From the NCBI GenBank assembly GCA_038867615.1, contig JAWBYA010000002.1, forward strand, positions 320,001 to 384,000: a stretch of DNA of 64,000 nucleotides, given 5' to 3'. Positions 61,146-64,000 of the stretch are shown one piece after another (positions within the stretch are counted from its first letter, which is position 1; every line of letters begins with the position of its first letter). The notes under the pieces are model-generated. The model was given only the letters and a program-made list of their open reading frames with translations. It was not told where the DNA came from and searched no databases. This stretch comes from Sulfolobales archaeon. GTDB lineage: Archaea > Thermoproteota > Thermoprotei_A > Sulfolobales > AG1. The translations under genes and the position numbers were made by a program.

Positions 61146-62869
61146 GGATAGTGGTAGATAAGCACGATGTAATAGTAGTAGGGGCAGGACTGGCCGGGAG
61201 TGCTGCTGCATATTATCTAGCTAAGAGGGGCTATGATGTACTCTTGGTTGAAAAAGCCAAAGTACCTGGGCAGAGGAACGTTACTGGAGGCATTCTCTAC
61301 GGATCCTTTATCCCGGGGTATGGATTAATAGACCTCATACCGGATTTTGAAAGCGAGGCCCCCCTCGAGAGGAAGGTGGTAAAATACAGGCTTGCAATGA
61401 TATCAAGCCCCACATACCCCGCTGAGTATAGATATAGGGCTGTCGCTCCTAACGAGAGATCATATATGGTTCTAGAGATAGATGAGACGTCAGTGCTCGA
61501 TAGATTTATCCATAGAGGTATATCCACAGGGCATGACTACACAGTGATCAGGGCTAAGTTTGATAGATGGTTCGCAAGAAAAGTTGAAGAAGTTGGGGGA
61601 ATTGTGGTCACAGCAACAGCTGTCGAGGATCTCGTTATCGAGGATGAAAAGGTAGTTGGTATAAGAACAAATAAGGAGGAGATACACGCGGATCTCGTTA
61701 TCGATGCTAGCGGTATTACAAGCAAGCTCGTAATAAAGGCTGGGCTTAGAAAACCCCTAGATCCTAGCCAGGTTTACCATGGTATCAAACAGGTTTACCA
61801 ACTGAGTGAGGATGAAATTAACAAGAGGTTCGGGCTTAAAAACGGTGAGGGGATGGCTATAGCTATAATGGGTGATTTCCTCAGAGGAATGATCGGTGGT
61901 GGCTTCATATATACAAACAGGGATACGATCTCGGTAGGCCTTGTTGTTACAATGAGCAGCATGCTCAAGAGTCTCAGAAAAAACGTCGAAGAGATTGGAA
62001 AGCCGTTGGACGTGCTAGAGGATATGATCTCGCACCCGTATGTGAGCAGATTTATAGATGGTGCAAAGCTTGTTGAGTACTCAGCACACAACATTCCCAA
62101 AGGACCCATGACTTTTCTAGAAAAGCCTTTGAGAAGCGGCTTTCTAGTAGCTGGGGATGCTTTGGGAGCGTTTGTAAAGATAGGAGGTCTTATAGACGGT
62201 ATGAGGAGAGCCATAGCTACAGGGATCATGGCTGCCCAGACCTATATATATGCTAGGAAGAACAACGACTTCAGCGAAAAGACTCTCTCAATATACCTAG
62301 ATCTCCTCCAACCGATCTATAGGGATATCAGGAGGGCTGCTAGAAACAGCACCCTATCCGAGAGCAGGATTCTGTATGGTCCCGGGTATAGGCTTCTCCT
62401 AAGATTTCTCGGGAAAAAGGTCTTGGGAACCATAGGGGAGAGGATAAATAATAAGGATGCCTTACAGAAGATCCAGGAGAGAACAGGGCTCCTAGTATAT
62501 GAGGAGGATAAGAACTACTCACACATAAAGATAGACTACGCCGCAGCTAATAGAGATCCGTATAAGCTCTGGGTCCCAGCATGCCCAACCAACTGCTACA
62601 CATTATCGGTTCCCGGAAAGGGTATATTCGCCTCATATAGGGATCTATATAAACATAACCTAGAGAGGCTTAAAAAAACAGGATCTAGTGGTAAGGATCT
62701 CGAGAAAAAAGCCCTCGAAGAGACATGGAGAGACGTTGCTAGAGCTGAGATCAGGTTTGATCATGTTGCGTGCGTCTCATGCGGAACATGCTGGGTGATC
62801 GGTCCTCCAGATGTCATTTCATTCAACCCAGAGAGAAGCGGACATGGAGTTAAGTTTAGATACGGCTAG
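61142..62869 (+). CDS. fixC: FixC FAD oxidoreductase fused to a FixX-like ferredoxin
   Basis: VVGAGLAG, PLER, RAKFDRW, LVEYSAH.IP, AGDA; C-terminal ACPTNCY and CVSCGTC...GVKFRYG. Confidence 0.9.
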   Translation: MRIVVDKHDVIVVGAGLAGSAAAYYLAKRGYDVLLVEKAKVPGQRNVTGGILYGSFIPGYGLIDLIPDFESEAPLERKVVKYRLAMISSPTYPAEYRYRAVAPNERSYMVLEIDETSVLDRFIHRGISTGHDYTVIRAKFDRWFARKVEEVGGIVVTATAVEDLVIEDEKVVGIRTNKEEIHADLVIDASGITSKLVIKAGLRKPLDPSQVYHGIKQVYQLSEDEINKRFGLKNGEGMAIAIMGDFLRGMIGGGFIYTNRDTISVGLVVTMSSMLKSLRKNVEEIGKPLDVLEDMISHPYVSRFIDGAKLVEYSAHNIPKGPMTFLEKPLRSGFLVAGDALGAFVKIGGLIDGMRRAIATGIMAAQTYIYARKNNDFSEKTLSIYLDLLQPIYRDIRRAARNSTLSESRILYGPGYRLLLRFLGKKVLGTIGERINNKDALQKIQERTGLLVYEEDKNYSHIKIDYAAANRDPYKLWVPACPTNCYTLSVPGKGIFASYRDLYKHNLERLKKTGSSGKDLEKKALEETWRDVARAEIRFDHVACVSCGTCWVIGPPDVISFNPERSGHGVKFRYG

Positions 62870-62908
62870 GCTTTAGTATTTACCGACGCCTGTTTTACCA
62901 CGGTGTTT

Positions 62909-63619
62909 TCAGGACTCCTCCTGGGATTCTTCGTAAACTTTTCTCTCGAGGGGGGGTGTCATAACCCTCTCCCTGAGATAGTTAACTATCTTCCTAGCCT
63001 CATCCTCAGCAACGTGCCTACCTATCTTTTGGGCTTCCAGTATCTTCTGCGCCAGCACGCCCTCAGGCGACTCTCCCTCTTGGATAGGGATTCTTAGTCT
63101 CTCAAACACCATTGGGCTTGGATGCAATATCGCCCCTTTCTTTATAAACAGTTCGTTATCAAGCCGGGTTACAACAAGCGAACCGACCTCTTCATCACCT
63201 AGTTTTAGAGTATATACTAGATCGCCATCCAGGGTCTCGCCAAGCTTTACAACCTGATACTCAACGCCTTTTCCAAAAGCCTCTTGCCAAAGCATTGCAC
63301 CACCAATGGATCTGACTATATTATCGATCTCCTTATCCCTCCTGAATACTTCTATCGATAATCTAGAAGGATCCCATACGATCTTTCCACCCTCTATTTG
63401 ATAGTCTATCCTTATCCTGACTACATCGCCCTTATCAACCTTAAACCTATCAACAAGAATCTTATACAACGTACTGTTGAGCTCACCAATTGCTCTCGCA
63501 ACCTCCTGCGACGAGATAACTCCTCCCCTAATCTCGTCTCTGAGCTGGGCAAACGCTGTTCTCCTAAGCTTATCAGCATACCCACCAGCTATTACATAAC
63601 CAGAGCTTAATGTTGGCAT
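62909..63619 (-). CDS. DUF2258 / ThermoDBP-related ssDNA-binding protein
   Basis: LSSGYVIAGGYADKLRRTAFAQ, ELN..LY..LV, KGDVVRIRIDY; start at MPTL (63619). Confidence 0.88.
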   Translation of the reverse strand: MPTLSSGYVIAGGYADKLRRTAFAQLRDEIRGGVISSQEVARAIGELNSTLYKILVDRFKVDKGDVVRIRIDYQIEGGKIVWDPSRLSIEVFRRDKEIDNIVRSIGGAMLWQEAFGKGVEYQVVKLGETLDGDLVYTLKLGDEEVGSLVVTRLDNELFIKKGAILHPSPMVFERLRIPIQEGESPEGVLAQKILEAQKIGRHVAEDEARKIVNYLRERVMTPPLERKVYEESQEES

Positions 63620-63673
63620 AGTATCACCATAGATCACTTATATATAAGGGGATAATAAATCGAACATACTGTT

Positions 63674-63811
63674 AATAGCAGTTTCATAATAGTAAAGTTG
63701 ATAGTACGCCCATGAATCAACAGGGATAGAGATCCTGCGGGCGGTGGAAACTCCTGGATATAACTATGAATAAAGATAAAGTGATTGAAACTAACACCCA
63801 GGTATAAACAG
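63674..63811 (+). mobile_element. IS200/IS605-like right-end (omega-RNA-like) remnant, copy E
   Basis: Aligns by eye with the reverse complement of 49504-49620 over ~110 bp (CCCATGA..CAGGGATAGAGATCCTGCGGG..GGAA..CCTGGAT..ATGAATAA..CCAGG..AAACAG). Confidence 0.6.
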
Positions 63812-63833
63812 GCTGTGCAGCCAGAACTCTTAA

Positions 63834-64000
63834 CTAGGGGTATGAGACTCTACAGAAGTAGCTGGCTCCCTCGTATAGGGTTACCCTTACAATTATATCT
63901 TTTCTTCCAATCAGCTTGTATATATTCTCGGCTATCATCAATGCCATGTTCTCTAGGGTTGGATTACCTTTATCACATATCGTGATTTTTCTAAATATCG
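63834..64000 (-). CDS. QueD/6-pyruvoyl-tetrahydropterin synthase family, 3' fragment (not in ORF track)
   Basis: Manual translation: IFRKITICDKGNPTLENMALMIAENIYKLIGRKDIIVRVTLYEGASYFCRVSYP*; NPT.EN.A and V.LYEG match the PTPS/QueD C-terminus. Confidence 0.7.
   Translation of the reverse strand, partial: IFRKITICDKGNPTLENMALMIAENIYKLIGRKDIIVRVTLYEGASYFCRVSYP

Noticed and set aside
66-63610. Numerous short ORFs antisense to or overlapping identified genes (e.g. 7462-7944, 16057-16536, 19064-19600, 28954-29586, 47611-48327, 52052-53783)
   Set aside because: Shadow frames of well-supported genes; Ser/Ile/Leu- or poly-Val-rich with no motifs
63785-63985. 66-aa plus-strand ORF
   Set aside because: Antisense to the QueD-like fragment and overlaps the repeat element
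1-64000. tRNA, rRNA, intact transposase, integrase or CRISPR array
   Set aside because: None recognised by eye in any intergenic region or ORF

Overview
Gene-dense 64 kb stretch of a thermophilic archaeal chromosome (Thermoproteota, Desulfurococcales/Sulfolobales-like: overlapping GTG/ATG starts, GGTG/GGAG SD motifs, ThermoDBP-RP, Nre, PDO, AcnX, TreT). It opens with the nuo(C)DHIJKMLN operon of a complex I-like enzyme with no nuoEFG in this part of the operon. Housekeeping genes follow: glnA with a divergent Lrp, alaS, alaX, glmU-like, ppa, topA, tldD/pmbA and many peptidases. From about 42.2 to 56.5 kb there is an accessory-looking region: an AT-rich MjaV-like type II R-M pair, a decayed class V aminotransferase, CBS+treT, and a three-gene cluster. 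That cluster encodes a membrane-anchored trypsin-like protease with a cytoplasmic zinc ribbon, a large surface protein with a duplicated unknown domain and double zinc ribbons, and a convergent ArsR-HTH/STAND-ATPase/TPR protein. The window ends with amrS-like, DsrE, ATP-cone, etfB-etfA-fixCX, DUF2258 and a partial QueD-like gene. Non-coding highlights read by eye are (i) three clear and two highly decayed ~130 bp intergenic elements that resemble orphan IS200/IS605 tnpB right ends (omega/reRNA scaffolds) with no tnpB, and (ii) a candidate C/D-box sRNA whose D guide would direct 2'-O-methylation of wobble C34 of a CAA-anticodon tRNA. Family calls rest on motif recognition and recalled sequences; no database searches were run.
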